Source: the human T2T-CHM13v2.0 reference genome, Homo sapiens. From it: a stretch of DNA of 64,000 nt. Position 1 is the stretch's first letter; every line of letters begins with the position of its first letter. Location of the stretch: the NCBI RefSeq assembly GCF_009914755.1, contig NC_060938.1; one strand, given 5' to 3'. This document shows, one piece after another, positions 1-14,407 of the stretch. Both the position numbers and the translations under genes were made by a program. Under the pieces are notes generated by a model that saw only the letters and a list, made by a program, of their open reading frames with translations, did no database searches and was not told the origin of the DNA.

Positions 1-1518
<1,518 letters not shown>

Positions 1519-2903
1519 TTTTGAAGCAGGGGACTCTATTTACATTGAAATATAAATAAAAATATTTCCAAGTGAAAAAAAAAGATTCGGATTAAGTTAT
1601 GAAGGTTAAAATATAGTTAAAATTTGGAAAAAAGTCTACATTAGCGTAATGATTTTTAAAACAAATATACTTTTGTTACATTTTGCTATATATAAATTAA
1701 GCTAGTAGCTAATAAGATATTTCCAGTAAATATCAGGACTTCCCTAATGAAGAGATTAAATCAACTCTTTGTCATCACTGTGTTATTTTATTCCTAAAAT
1801 AAAATAACCATGTCATAAGCATAATGAAATTACAATTAAATTTGTTCTCTTGTTTCTCTCTCTATACTGCTCACTTCACAATCTGATATGCAAAGGTGAC
1901 TTCCAAAGAAAACAATTTTTTTGAAGAAAAAAGTAAACTCTAGTCTATCTGTATTCTATTATTCCCAATAATGAATCAAGTTTGTGATTAATGAATATGT
2001 GTATAATACAGCGGAAAGAGGAATCATTGGGTTAGAGGGTCACATAATGACATCATATGGTTTTAATTTTCAGTGATCTTTTGCTAAGTAGTTATTAGTC
2101 ATATGAACTTATATGATGAACCAAAGATCAAGATATCTATTGATTTGTACAAAATACTTTTCTAAGATATGACTCATTGCTTTACCTCAAGGATCTAAAA
2201 GGACATTCAAATTAGGCATTTATTTACAAAGTCTAATGCTGGCAGTGATAAACGTCATGACAAGTGTAAGATAAAGATCACAAAGTTATCTCTGAGATAG
2301 AAAAATATTTTATAGCCTAGGGTAAGGGGAATATATTGTCTCATTTGGAAATAATGGCTACAAGCATTGTTAATTCCTTTTATATTAAGCTGCAGATGAC
2401 TTATCTAATAATAATACATACAACAGCATTTTTGTTAAGTGCCACCTGATGTTTGTTGTAGCAGTTAAAAGAAAATGAATTTTTAAGTTTCATGAATTCT
2501 CCTGTGATTTTTTTTGCAAACTTAAATAAATCATGTTCCTGTAGTTATGTAAATGGTGTTAACTTCCTTCTGTTCTTTCTAAAGCTAAGGTTACTAAAAA
2601 TATGTAGTGCCAGACCACAGAGAATTAAATCTGATAGCATATGCTGGTGGAGCTAGGAATTATTAAAACAGACACTGAACCTGGTGTGTTGAGAGAAAAA
2701 AGTAGCTTAATTATTTAGTTATGCTGTTTCAACCTTCACAGTTGACTTTTCAGGACTAATGCATTAAAGAGGCCATGCCAAAAAGTAGAATCATCTTTTT
2801 TGCCTATTGTGGTTTAAGTGTTATCCTGCTTAAAAGCAGAAATATGGATGAGATAACCAAAGTAAATCAATTAAACTGGCTGGTGCTCTGTCCTTGTTTT
2901 GAC

Positions 2904-3056
2904 CAGTGATTCCCAAACTTGGCTGCATGTCAAAATCACCTGAGGAACTTTAACTACCACTGAATCCCGGGTTCCAAGCCCAGACATTTTGACGTTATTA
3001 GTCTGGAGGGCCTCAGCTTTCTGATTCTAATATGCAGCCAGGATTGAGAACCACTG
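2904..3056. mobile_element. MER5A-type hAT-Charlie MITE
   Basis: Terminal inverted repeats CAGTGATTCCCAAAC...ATTGAGAACCACTG, with internal AATCACCTG and GATTCTAATATGCAGCCAGG motifs typical of MER5A. Confidence 0.85.
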
Positions 3057-3076
3057 ACCTAGTCAGAGAACATATT

Positions 3077-3265
3077 AGAAAAGAACATGGATTTTGGGGA
3101 GTCAAAATAGGCCTACTTAGAACCTCAGCCATAAGTACGATTTAGGATGTTCAATTATTTAGGAGCCTCTGCAACAGGGCTGTTGAGACAGCAAAATAAT
3201 ATTATTCATGTAAAAACTCTTGGCTTAAATTGGCACTTAATAGGCATTAATAAATATTATTTTCC
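3077..3265 (+). mobile_element. MIR SINE (degenerate)
   Basis: AGAAAAGAACATGGATTTTGGGGAGTCA and CAGGGCTGTTGAGA..CATGTAAAAACTCTTGG..TGGCACTTAATAGGCATTAATAAATATT resemble the MIR 5' portion and 3' tail. Confidence 0.6.
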
Positions 3266-3469
3266 TATTCTCTCCCTCTGCATTACCCCTCGGCACTCTG
3301 GCCCTGTAAGAAGTAGAAGACTAAATATAATAGCTACTGTTCACTGCCTGTGTGATGTTTCTACTTTGTTTAAATTCTAGTTCTGGTTTGAAGAACACTG
3401 CTGGGTAATTAGGAATATAAAGAATTTAATGAACATAGTCTTCTACCTCCCTCACTCTTATTCCTGATT

Positions 3470-3680
3470 TATTGCTTCTTGATCATCCTTTAAGGTCTCC
3501 ATTTGAATGTTACATCCTCAGGTAATCCTTTCCTAGGTGTTCTCCCCACCTCAACCTAAGCTGCAGTCTCCTCCATCTCATTTCCAGGATGTTTGTCATG
3601 AATTTGTGGAGTCTTCTATTGTGTCCTTTAGGGCACATAGTGCCTACTTAATAATTCCAGATGAATAAATGAAGGAATTT
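3470..3680 (+). mobile_element. L2 3' fragment
   Basis: TCATCCTTTAAGGTCTCCATTTGAATGTTACATCCTCAGG and terminal GGCACATAGTG..GATGAATAAATGAAGGAA match the L2 3' end. Confidence 0.55.
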
Positions 3681-3849
3681 AAAATAAAATAATATTGTAA
3701 CTAGTACAAGGAAGTATTTAGCTGAGTTTCAAATAGATGTCTGTAATATTAACATCACTTTGAGAGTGTCCAAAGTGGTTGCACATGAGTAGTTTTGTTT
3801 AATTCTTTTATTTATTATTTTATTTTCCTTTATTTTCTCAAAAAAAGGC

Positions 3850-4700
3850 ATTTTTTGATTGCCCACGGTTTTCTGACAGGCACTGTTCTAGATATTGGAG
3901 ACGTAGAAATGAACAAGATCCTGGATACTGGAGACATCAACAGTGTTTTGGTTCTCTTTGAGCTTGCATTCTAGTCAAGGTAAATAGGAAAAAAAAAAAG
4001 TAGTACATGAATAAACAATGTAGTATTATTTCATTAGTAATAAATGCTCCAAAATAAAGACTGTAAGAGAATGACTGTGGTGTCTGTGTTAACGCTTATT
4101 GCATAAGGAGGGATTCTTCGAGAAACTAACATCAGAACTGGTATCTGAAAGACAGAAGTGAACCAGCCACATGATGATCTGAGGATGTAAATTTAAATTT
4201 ACAGGGCAAACAAAACGGAAGTACAAATTCCTCAAGGTGGATCTGAGTTGTCATATTCTATGAACAGTAAGCAGCTCATCTAACAACATAGGAAACAAGA
4301 AGAGAAAGATGGAAAATGAGATTAGAGGATAGTCAGGGTACGGTTCATGTAGACATTTATATCCATGGGGTCTCATTTTTTATTCTAAATATATTGGGAA
4401 ATCTTTGGAGTCTTAATGGCTCTAGAGGTTGGGAAGTTTATATTTAAACCTAAGAGATTTATATTTATTTAAATAATATGGCTGACATGTGGAGAATGGA
4501 TTTGCGGAGTTGGGGGCGTAGGAGTGAGGAATGGGGAATATATGAGCACCAGAGTGGAAGTGAGGAGACTTCTTGCAGTTGTCCATGCAAGAAATGGCGG
4601 TAAATAATCATAAGCAGCAGCAGCAGCAAAGGTGGAGACATGGATGGAAGGAATATATTTTGGAGTCAGAGCAGGCAAGACTTCCTGATAAATTGGGTAT
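3850..4700 (-). mobile_element. L2 (L2a-like) fragment
   Basis: CAGGCACTGTTCTAGATATTGGAGAC, GAGCTTGCATTCTAG, TTGCAGTTGTCCATGCAAGAAATG and ATATATTTTGGAG are antisense L2 hallmarks. Confidence 0.7.
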
Positions 4701-6069
4701 CAATGTTGTTATTGGAAGGGGATAGCTGAATATGTAACAGGCCAGCTCTACCCTTTATGATGAGGGCTTGGTGGTTGGTTGGTTTGTGTAGATGTGAGTC
4801 CTTCTACTGCATCCCTGATGACTTCCAAATCACAAGACACAGGCAACAATTTCTAATCAATGTTCCTGAATACAGCCTTGGCTGTGGTTGTCAGGAGAAC
4901 TTTTACTGAGGATTAAGAATCTCAACAGTTCTTTAAATGATGGATTAGGGTTTGGAAGGTTATGTGTAAAAGCATGACAATAGAGAAGAAAACAATCTGA
5001 AAAAGTTTGAGAGGTCATGAGTAGATAAGTTTGTCTGGAGCTACAGTTATTGTAGGGGAAAGGGGAAAGATACATATGGAATGAAAACCTGAGTTCATTT
5101 TATGGAGAACACGGAAACTCATACTAGAATCCATAAATTATGGGTTTATAGAACTAAGAAAGTTTTTCTGAGAAAACTTCATATGAAATCATACGAAGGT
5201 GATTGATTTAGCAGTATTCACATAATGGCTTGGAGGTGAGGAAAAGCCTAAAAGCAAGGAGACTATGTAAAAATCATTTAAGCAAGATTATTCATCCATT
5301 AGTCTGTTCAGTTATTCAGTTAAAAAACATTCATTTAGTAATTGCTGTATGCCAAAAACCCATGGTCACCAGGACTCTATTTTTACCTAAAAGCTATAGC
5401 TAGACACTCCCAAAGAGAGGGTAAAATACAAATCTCTTAAATCAAAAAAGAAAACGTCTGGAAAAGAAACTTGCTTTTACTATTCTAATTTGATAACACT
5501 GTGATTTATGGTACTAGGGTGTGTTTATGTACATGAGATTGTTTCCGAGGGATAGATTTTTAAATATCTTTAGTACTGCTTTGCAAATTAATAGTATATT
5601 TTATATATTTCCAAATGAGTGTTTTTGCAGGTCCCCTGACTGATTATGGTTTAAAAGTCAGACCATATAATTTAAATCAAACTATTACTTTATAATATTA
5701 GTATACTGTATTATATATGCTTAAAATATAGATGTTTATTTCATTAGACAAAATAGTTGTTGTAAAAATAAAAAGATGCAATTTACTATTGGATGATTGG
5801 ACTAAACTAAGTCCTTTTAACTTACATAAGGGAATAATTATTAAATTAAAATGTGAGTCTTTTCCCTATTTTAGGATATTTGGTATGAATGTTTGTGATA
5901 TGGGACTTTTTGTTTTTAATCATTCATTCATCAGTTTGACAGATATTGAGCTTATTTATGATATTTGACTTTTAAGAATAAAATCCCTAAAAACATTTGT
6001 GTACAAGTGTACAACATAGATGTATGTTTTTATTTCTTCTGTATCAATGCCCGGTAATTCAGAATTGAA

Positions 6070-6719
6070 TTTTATTTTATTTTTTTTTATTATTATACTT
6101 TAAGTTTTAGGGTACATGTGCACAATGTGCAGGTTAGTTACATATGTATACATGTGCCATGCTGGTGCGCTGCACCCACTAACTCGTCATCTAGCATTAG
6201 GTATATCTCCCAATGCTATCCCTCCCCCCTCCCCCCACCCCACAACAGGCCCCAGAGTGTGATGTTCCCCTTCCTGTGTCCATGTGTTCTCATTGTTCAA
6301 TTCCCACCTATGAGTGAGAATATGCGGTGTTTGGTTTTTTGTTCTTGCGGTAGTTTACTGAGAATGATGATTTCCGGTTTCATCCATGTCCCTACAAAGG
6401 ACATGAACTCATCATTTTTTATGGCTGCATAGTATTCCATGGTGTATATGTGCCACATTTTCTTAATCCAGTCTATCATTGTTGGACATTTGGGTTGGTT
6501 CCAAGTCTTTGCTATTGTGAATAATGCCACAGTAAACATACGTGTGCATGTGTCTTTATAGCAGCATGATTTATAGTCCTTTGGGTATATACCCAGTAAT
6601 GTGATGGCTGGGTCAAATGGTATTTCTAGTTCTAGATCCCTGAGGAATCGCCACACTGACTTCCACAATGGTTGAACTAGTTTACAGTCCCACCAACAGT
6701 GTAAAAGTGTTCCTATTTC
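6070..6719 (-). mobile_element. 5'-truncated LINE-1, L1PA2-like (about 650 bp)
   Basis: Poly(T) from about 6070, then GGTGCGCTGCACCCACTAACTCGTCATCTAGCATTAGGTATATCTCCCAATGC (L1PA2 diagnostics; GAG, not the L1HS ACA). The minus-strand ORF 6297..6668 is the ORF2 C-terminus. L1 homology stops at ..GTGTTCCTATTTC (6719). Confidence 0.95.
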
Positions 6720-8976
6720 AACAGTAATGTTAGAACTGTATTTGACACTACAATCCTTGAGAAAAAGAGGTTATAACAAAAATAATTTTAAAAATATTAA
6801 GAGTATAGTCTGGGGATTTGAAAACAAGGTAAAAATTTCTGATTTTCTGGCATGAACAGAAGAGTGACTAAAACTGAGTAAAGAAAAATTTGCAAAATCC
6901 TAAAAGAAAGTACACCAGAAAAGGAGAGTGAAAGCAACCAGTAGCCATAGCACTGTTGGCATAATGACCAGCATGTAGAAAACTGGCTACATGTTACATT
7001 TCTTCCCCCAAATGTTTTGATCCTGTGCTTAGGGAGCTCTTTTTCTGAGCACATGCCTGATTTTACATAAATGTAAATGCAAAAAAAAAAGATGCTTAAA
7101 AATTATTTAAAAATCATATTTTCGGAAATTTTAGGAAGTTTTACCTGTATGTAAATATAATTCCACTCCAGAATAGAATGTTATCACATGTTAGAAGAAT
7201 TAAAATTTCAAATATTCCTGATAAAACTACATATAAAATTTGCCAGTCAACTCATAATGTTGATTAAGAATTTTTTGCTATGAATTTTGCTAATAGTCTC
7301 TGTGATTATTTTTATACCTCTGCTTTAAATCCATTTTAGTCAATCAATAGTTATATTGTTCTTTCTGAGAAAGTAGAACATAACTCTGGGTTTTAATTAT
7401 CCTCAAGAGATAGGTAAATTTTTTAAAGATGAAAACCATCTGATAAATTATTTATATAGACCTGAACAAAATCACAGCTACAAGATATGCTTAGGAGTTT
7501 ACTCTCAAAGAGTATTTTCTTCACACTGCATTTTTGAAACCTACGTTCTGTTTGCAAAGTAATACTGGTATTAGGAAATGCGCTGATAATATCACATTTT
7601 CTTCTAGAGAACTTTAGGAACTTTCTAGAAAACATATGCTTACAGTTCTTTACTGTAAATAATTTAAGACTACTTCAAGTAAATCACTGAATTAAATTTC
7701 AGATTGTATTAAAACAAGTATGATTGCATTGTATCGAATGCAAATTTCTTTGGGAGCATATTGATTAATGAGCAATTTTACAAAAGATGAAAAAGAGAAT
7801 GGTTAATCAAGACATAGCATTGCTCTAAAGCTCATTTAGCAAGCAATTACTTCTGATTCACTGAAAACCAGTAGGCTGTGCCTTAAGTCAATTTCCAGGT
7901 GAGGCAAAGTAAATGCCCCTGATGTCTTACTATGTATTTTCAAAAATAGACTAAGTTAACCAACCCAAATCAACACAATTCATGACTTTAAGTTATATGA
8001 GTTTTTAATGAATTAAATTACTTTTCAACAAACCTGAAAAAAGATCTTGAAGTCATGCCTAGCAGTTAATTAATAAAGCTTAATTTAGTACCATCTCTTT
8101 AACAACAGAGTATATTAGAATGTAGGTGTGTATTTTCTACAGGATGGTTAAAGTTTATCAGTTACTCAGCTGAGAATTTTGAATAAATGTCTTCATGATA
8201 TAGAATATCATAAAACAATAATACATAAAATTGCCCATGTGGCAAACCTCCATGTAATAGTGAATTAATAGACACTGCTCTATTTTTTTCTGATCCTATA
8301 TCCTCGTTTTTTATAAAACAATGAAGAATGCTTAATATTGGTAGCTCAGAAATATTAGCTTATGTAACAGATGAGGATAAAATCTTTTGTGCAGCAATTG
8401 AATAAATGAATCCACAGCGGAATAGCTGAAACTGTGTTTAGAATCTTTGATTTCTGATGGCATCTTACTTTTGTTCTTTGGTTTTATTGGTTAATAAAGA
8501 TTAATCAGTGTACTTCTTAGGTCACCCTGTCTTTCTGCAACTATTAAATATAGCTTTATGATGTTGAATGTAGGTGATTTAATGACATAAGCAGAAGCAC
8601 CGAGGAAATAGCATCCAGCTCTCTCTAAAGGAATCAGGAGGCTTCAGAAATGAGTTGATAGTTGACGTAGATTTTAACTTTCAGATTTAAAAAAAATACT
8701 GTGTGGGAAACACAAAATCTTATTGTTCTAAGATTTTAAATTCTGCTAACTATTTTAGGACAGGTTAAAATTGTTTTAATATGTCTGTTTTATTAATTTT
8801 CAGTTCAGCAAGTCAAATATGTCATAATTAAGCTTTTTAAGAGTGAGTATTTTTGTGAGAGAAGTGCTTCTTTTTATTTTTATCCCTCTCCCTAAGTAGT
8901 GTTTGAACCTACCATATCCACAGCACTCTAGAAAACATTGGGACTACAAGTACAAATTAGATATGTTGATTCCCTC

Positions 8977-9400
8977 TTCATTTGTCCATTGAAAAACATA
9001 TATTAAGCACCTACTGTGTGTATGAAATTGTCCTTGGAAAAATAATGATGGGAAAAAATTACAGAAAATGTAACTAGGCAATTGTAATAAGTGCTATAGA
9101 GAAGAGATATATAGGACAATAAGAGAATATAAAAGGTGGATCTGACCTCATCAAAGATGTCACAATGTTTTCAGAGCATATGATACAAAAGCAAAACTAC
9201 AAAGGATAACTAATAATAGACTAGGTAAAGCCAGATGTGTTAGGAACAAGGTGGAGTACTCCAGGCAAGGGGAACATCATGTGTAAAGGTGAAGACTTTT
9301 AGGCACAGAGCAACTAAGATGAGAGAAAGAAGGCCAGTGTGCCTGGAAAGGAATGAGGTAGACCGTTCTAAAATTATAGGACAAAAATGAAGTTTTGACT
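8977..9400 (-). mobile_element. L2 3' portion (left half of an L2 split by L1MA)
   Basis: TTCATTTGTCCATTGAAAAACATATATTAAGCACCTACTGTGTG is the antisense L2 terminus; CCAGGCAAGGGGAACATCATGTGTAAAGG and AAGGCCAGTGTGCCTGGA follow. Confidence 0.7.
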
Positions 9401-9402
9401 CA

Positions 9403-9904
9403 ATTTTTGTAATTGATGCATAATAATTATATTTATGAGGTACAGTGTGCCATTTCAATGCATTATACATAGTATAACGGTCAAATGGGGTTAATTATCA
9501 TATTTATCACCTTAAATATTGATCACTTATTTGTGGTGACAACATTCAAAATCTTCTATTCTAGCTAGCTTGAAATACACACTGCATTGTTATTAGCCAT
9601 AGCCACCCTACTGTGTAATGGAACACCAAAACTTATGCTTCCTGTCTGACTATAACTTTCCATTCATTGACCAAGCTCTCCCAGCAACCCCCTTCTCCAC
9701 CACTCACCCCTCGCCAGTATCTGGTAACCACTATTCTACTCTCTATTTCTACGAAATCAACTCTTTTAGGTATCACATATGAATGAGATAGTGCAGTGTT
9801 TGTCTTTCTGTGCCTGAATAATTTCACTTAACAAAAGTTCTGCAAGCTTATGCATGTTATGCAAATGACAGGATTCATTCTGTTTTATGGATAAATAGTA
9901 TTCC

Positions 9905-9949
<45 letters not shown>

Positions 9950-10055
9950 GTGTGTGTGTGTGTTGCATTTTCTTTATTCATCTGTAGATGAGCACTTAGG
10001 TTGATTCCATATCTTGGCAATTGTGAATTGCACAGGAATAAACATGGATGTACAA
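9403..10055 (-). mobile_element. L1MA-type (L1MA4-6) 3' end
   Basis: CATTCAAAATCTTCTATTCTAGC, CTGGTAACCACTATTCTACTCTCTATTTCT and CACTTAGGTTGATTCCATATCTTGGC are antisense L1MA 3'UTR/ORF2-end motifs. Confidence 0.85.
9907..9963. repeat. (TG)n microsatellite, about 28 units with one CG interruption
   Basis: Read directly from the sequence. Confidence 0.97.
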
Positions 10056-10059
10056 CCCA

Positions 10060-10730
10060 TGATTTAATTTTTTTCAAGAAAAAATAACAACCATTGAAAT
10101 GTTTTAAGCAAAGAGATGAATTAGATTTGTGCTTTGAAAAGATAATTTTGGCAGCAAGATAATTCTGGAGAACGTATTAATAGGAGGCTAGAGTAGATGT
10201 GGTCACAAAAGTTAGAAAGAAGTCCCAAGGAAAGAAAACTGTCATTTCTTTTAGGATACTTGTATAGCAGGTAGACAAGTGAACATAATTGAGATACCTT
10301 TAGGAAGTGAAGTCAATAGACCTTGGTGATGGATGCATATGGGGGTAAAGTATGACCTTGAAGGGTCTGGTTTACCTAACTAGCAGAATCACAATGCCAT
10401 GAATTAAAACAGTAGATACTAGGAGAGGATTAGGTATAAGAAAGGATTTAGATATACATGGAGAGTATTCATAAGTTCAGTTTTGGTGAAGTTAGGTTTT
10501 AAGATGTATCTCAGAGGAGATATCTAGAAACATCCCAGAGAAGAAGTTTACTTCTTGGTTAGATATGTGTGTATAGTGTTTACAATGAAGACTGAGTTAG
10601 AAATATAAATTTGTGAGTCATCTGCATATAGAAGATAATTGAAGCCATAAACATAGATGATATTATCTCAAAAGAGAGAATAGAAAGAGAAGAAAAGCAA
10701 TAGGATTTGGAACTGAGTCTACATTTGCTA
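10060..10730 (-). mobile_element. L2 continuation (right half)
   Basis: CCATTGAAATGTTTTAAGCA..AGATTTGTGCTTTGAAAAGAT, AAGTTCAGTTTTGG and ATATAAATTTGTGAGTCATCTGCATATAGA..AATTGAAGCCAT match antisense L2. Confidence 0.7.
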
Positions 10731-11982
10731 AAAATTATAATGGCCTCAAAGAGCTCATATCCTGGAAAGAAAAAAGATGCACCCACACAAATACTTAGCA
10801 TTAAAATACACTTTGTTAATGGCCATAATTGTCTTTTCTTCTACATGGTCCAGGATAAAATACAGGGCTCGAGTTGCCAAGGAATTCTGGTCAGTGGAAT
10901 GGAAGAAAACACACACAGACATCCAAGAACAATTGCACAAGGAAGAATAGATCATTTCTGTGGAAATACCATCTAATCTCAAATGAAGGGGAGTTTGAGG
11001 CCCCATACAGTTGGGATGGAGCATGAGGCCAGGGTAGAGATAAGATAGATGGAGGAAGGTTGATTATATGAATGCTTCAGGACACAGTCTGTTAATAAAA
11101 TGCCTGCATTTGGTGTGCAGAGAAAGATCAGAAGATAGTGAAAGTATGCACACAATATTTTGGAAGCACAGAGGACATAGCTTCTAACTTCTTCAAATGG
11201 AATCACAGAATCTTCATAGATTAAGTAGCACTTTTTCGACAGGATGTTTTCATGTGAACAGGAGAATCAAGAGCACATTTTTCAAATTAGAGAATGTTTT
11301 TAATTTAAATTACTTCAGGAAAGAGATGCAAAACTAATTGTCTTCCCACTTCTCATGAGATGAAATATGTGAAGAGTGAGAAAGTAAATTGAGCAAATTT
11401 CATTGAAAGTGGCAGAATGGGGAATTAAGAGTAAGGAGAGAACTACTATAAAATAAAGGACTGACTTTGCAAAGTTTACCCCTAAACTGAAAGGAAGGAA
11501 GGATTCTGATCAGAAATGAGTGTGAAGAACATGGAAAGATTTAAAGACAGTTATATCTCATTGTAAAGAAGTAGACAATATTATTCAAAGTGAAAGAATA
11601 AATGCGTGGTGTGGCTTAGGGGGATTGAGTGGTGATCTATGTATCATGGCTGCTATTAAATAGCATATGCCTATTTATTAAACTCTGTGTATGTATGTGT
11701 GTCTGTGCGTATGTCTTTGTGTATCGACTTTGACCTTAATAAACTTACATCTAAAAAAATATATTTTACATAGTCCTATAGAAATATATCTGTTTTTATA
11801 ACATGAAGTGTCTTGGCTCTTAAAACTGTAGGGATGCATTGACTGATATCTATTTCTTGGCATAAATACTTGAATACATAAACTTTATTGCTTTTGACAA
11901 AATTATGTTACCAGATAAGATAATGTCCCCAAAACAGCATACGCTTCATTAACATTTTGATTCTCTTTTGGAAAGTTAATGA

Positions 11983-12220
11983 AAATAATAAGAACCACCA
12001 TTTATTGAGAAATTACTATCTTCTAACTACTGTAGTGGGAATTTTATACCCATTATTCAGTTTATTCCTTATGAATCTGGTTTTATTATTTTATCATTCC
12101 CATTTTGTAGATGCCAAAATTGATCATTTGATCAGTTGATCAAGATCACTGCACCCTAAATGGGAGAGCAAGGTTTCTAACTGGTCTGCTTGAGTGCGCA
12201 GGCTTTGACTCAAACCACTC
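11983..12220 (-). mobile_element. MIR SINE
   Basis: ACCATTTATTGAG..TACTAT, ATTCCCATTTTGTAGATG and CAAGATCAC are the antisense MIR tail and core. Confidence 0.65.
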
Positions 12221-13869
12221 CCTAGGTTTATCTTGATAATGATTTATTTATTTCTTTGCAATTCAAACTTTAAGGGTTGATTTTTTAAAAACTTACCTCT
12301 GCTAATTTTCACATTTCTTAAATTTAGCTTCTGTAATAGAAATGTAGCCCAAGAACAACTTGGCTTCCTGGGAGTCAGTCTTAAGAGACTTTATGTAATA
12401 CCTTCCCCTTGTCTCCAACACACACTCTCTCTCTTTCTCTCAAAAGAACAGACATGATTAAATTCAAACAAGAATACAGTGCAGGACTTTGTAAAAACAT
12501 TTCTTTAAATGACAAACTTCCACCAAAATTTCTTTATACCATAGCTGCTGCAGCCATTTTTGTTGTTGTTCTCACCTTATCTTTTCCTTCTAAACCCTTG
12601 TTTCTAAATTTGCTCTCTCCTCCCCTTCCTAGTTATAGCTATGACAGTGTATGTCTTTTCCTCACACAACCACAACTTTCTGGAAGGTTCTATCCTCTCC
12701 TTATTTTCTACTCTTCCGTTTGCAATTTATCAACCAAAAGGCCTAACCATAAAACTGATTTTCTTTAAGATCCAATCTGCCATGAGGCAAAAGCCATAAT
12801 CTTTGTTTTCTTTCATTGAAATTTGAGACACTATTTACATGGTAGCAATTAAACTTACTTTATGAACATTTTTAGATGTTTATAAATATAATACTTTATT
12901 CTTGAAATAACTAGAAATACAGTTATACCCTAAATTTGAAAACTGAATTGTATTTAGAATTTAAGTCCTAAATTATGAATTCCAAATTTGAAAAGAACAT
13001 ACAAAACATAGTTTTTACTTTTACTTTGGAAAATCTTGAGCTGAATAACTAATACTTCTTTTGTTAAAAAAAAATCTTGAACTTGGCATCCTTTTATAAA
13101 TTCTTATCTGTTATTTCTTTATGCTGAGAAACATAGCTTTGTAGCTCTACCTTCTTATTCACAGTATCTTCACTACATTATTTTTAGGAAATTATGTTGA
13201 ATATCTGTTTATGATGATGCATTATAAAAATTCAGATAAATATTTATGCTAAGTAAATATAAAATATACCTGACTTGCTGTATTTCAAACAGAAAGAGGC
13301 CTAAAGAAAGGGCAAGAAAGAAATACAGAAGGCCTAACATATAATTATGTATTTAATTATTTATGAGAGAAACCTTGGAAGAAGTTGAAGTTTTAAAATT
13401 ATATGCTTAACAGATATCAGTTAGTAATTAGTACCACCAATTTCAGATATCAAACTGATAAGGATAAAAGAGCAAAAATAAAAATTAACAGAGCATAAGC
13501 CATTTATAGAAGCTCTTAAATCTTTTTCCTTTGCTTGAAACTGAATGAAATAATGAAGACATTTTGAGGCTATTCTGAACAGAGCTACAGAGCAAAATGT
13601 GCTAGAGAAATCGGAGAATTTTTGCACAGATGGTCTGCCACAGAACTTGCCAAATTCAGCCAACACACAGGAGCTCTGGGAAAGGCTTTTCTTCCAACAG
13701 GCGAATATAGTGCCTTTCAAATTTGGATTGCCAAAACCAAAATCTGGGAATGTCATATTGTGATGTTGCTTACCACTGATGAGAATCATAAATAACCAGA
13801 ACACTATACAGTTAGGATAAAAACTATTTGTGATCCAGATCACCAGACTGAAATTTTAGCCATGTATGT

Positions 13870-14407
13870 ACTCCTTGTGGCCATTTTTGCCCCCCTCCAA
13901 TCTCTTCTCAGCACGAAAGCCAGAGTGATTTGTTTAAAATGCAAATCTCATCTTTTCTCAGCCCTGAATGACACTGATCCATGGTTTCCCTTTGTTCTTG
14001 AGATACAACCCCAAATACGTGACATGCTGCAGGCCTGCCTGATAGGACCCCACCTATCTTTAGTCAGAGTATGGAGTAGCTGTCTCTGACTCAGACCTAT
14101 CATCCATGAAGTTCTAGCCCATGGGCATTTGCTGTTTCCTATACAGGAAAACAGACCATTACTTATATTACCACATCACTCACCAATTTACCCTGGGACT
14201 TACTAAGTTAACTTGGGTTGTATTAAATTATTTTTTAGGAGATCCTTATCTGACCAATTTCCCACCCCTACCCTCATCTCCACTAGATCAGGTTGACCTG
14301 CTTATAGAATGTCATAGCATCGTATATTTTCCTTTAAATAAGATAGAATAGTTTTGCAAAGTACCTAAAGTATAAGATATGTTAATTAATATTTGTAGAA
14401 TAATGAA
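13870..14407 (+). mobile_element. L2 fragment ending in its 3' tail
   Basis: CTCCAATCTCTTCTCAGCAC..GCCAGAGTGATTTGTTTAAAATGCAAATCT, with terminal AATATTTGTAGAATAATGAA. Confidence 0.6.

Noticed and set aside
8131-8190. Acceptor-like tattttctacag|G
   Set aside because: No matching donor, and stops in all frames within about 50 nt.
12120-12149. TTGATCA(N) three times in tandem
   Set aside because: Short slippage product inside a decayed MIR; no evidence of function.
13421-13843. 140-aa minus-strand ORF as a CDS
   Set aside because: Non-ATG start, low-complexity F/S/I-rich composition, and no recognisable domain or splice context.
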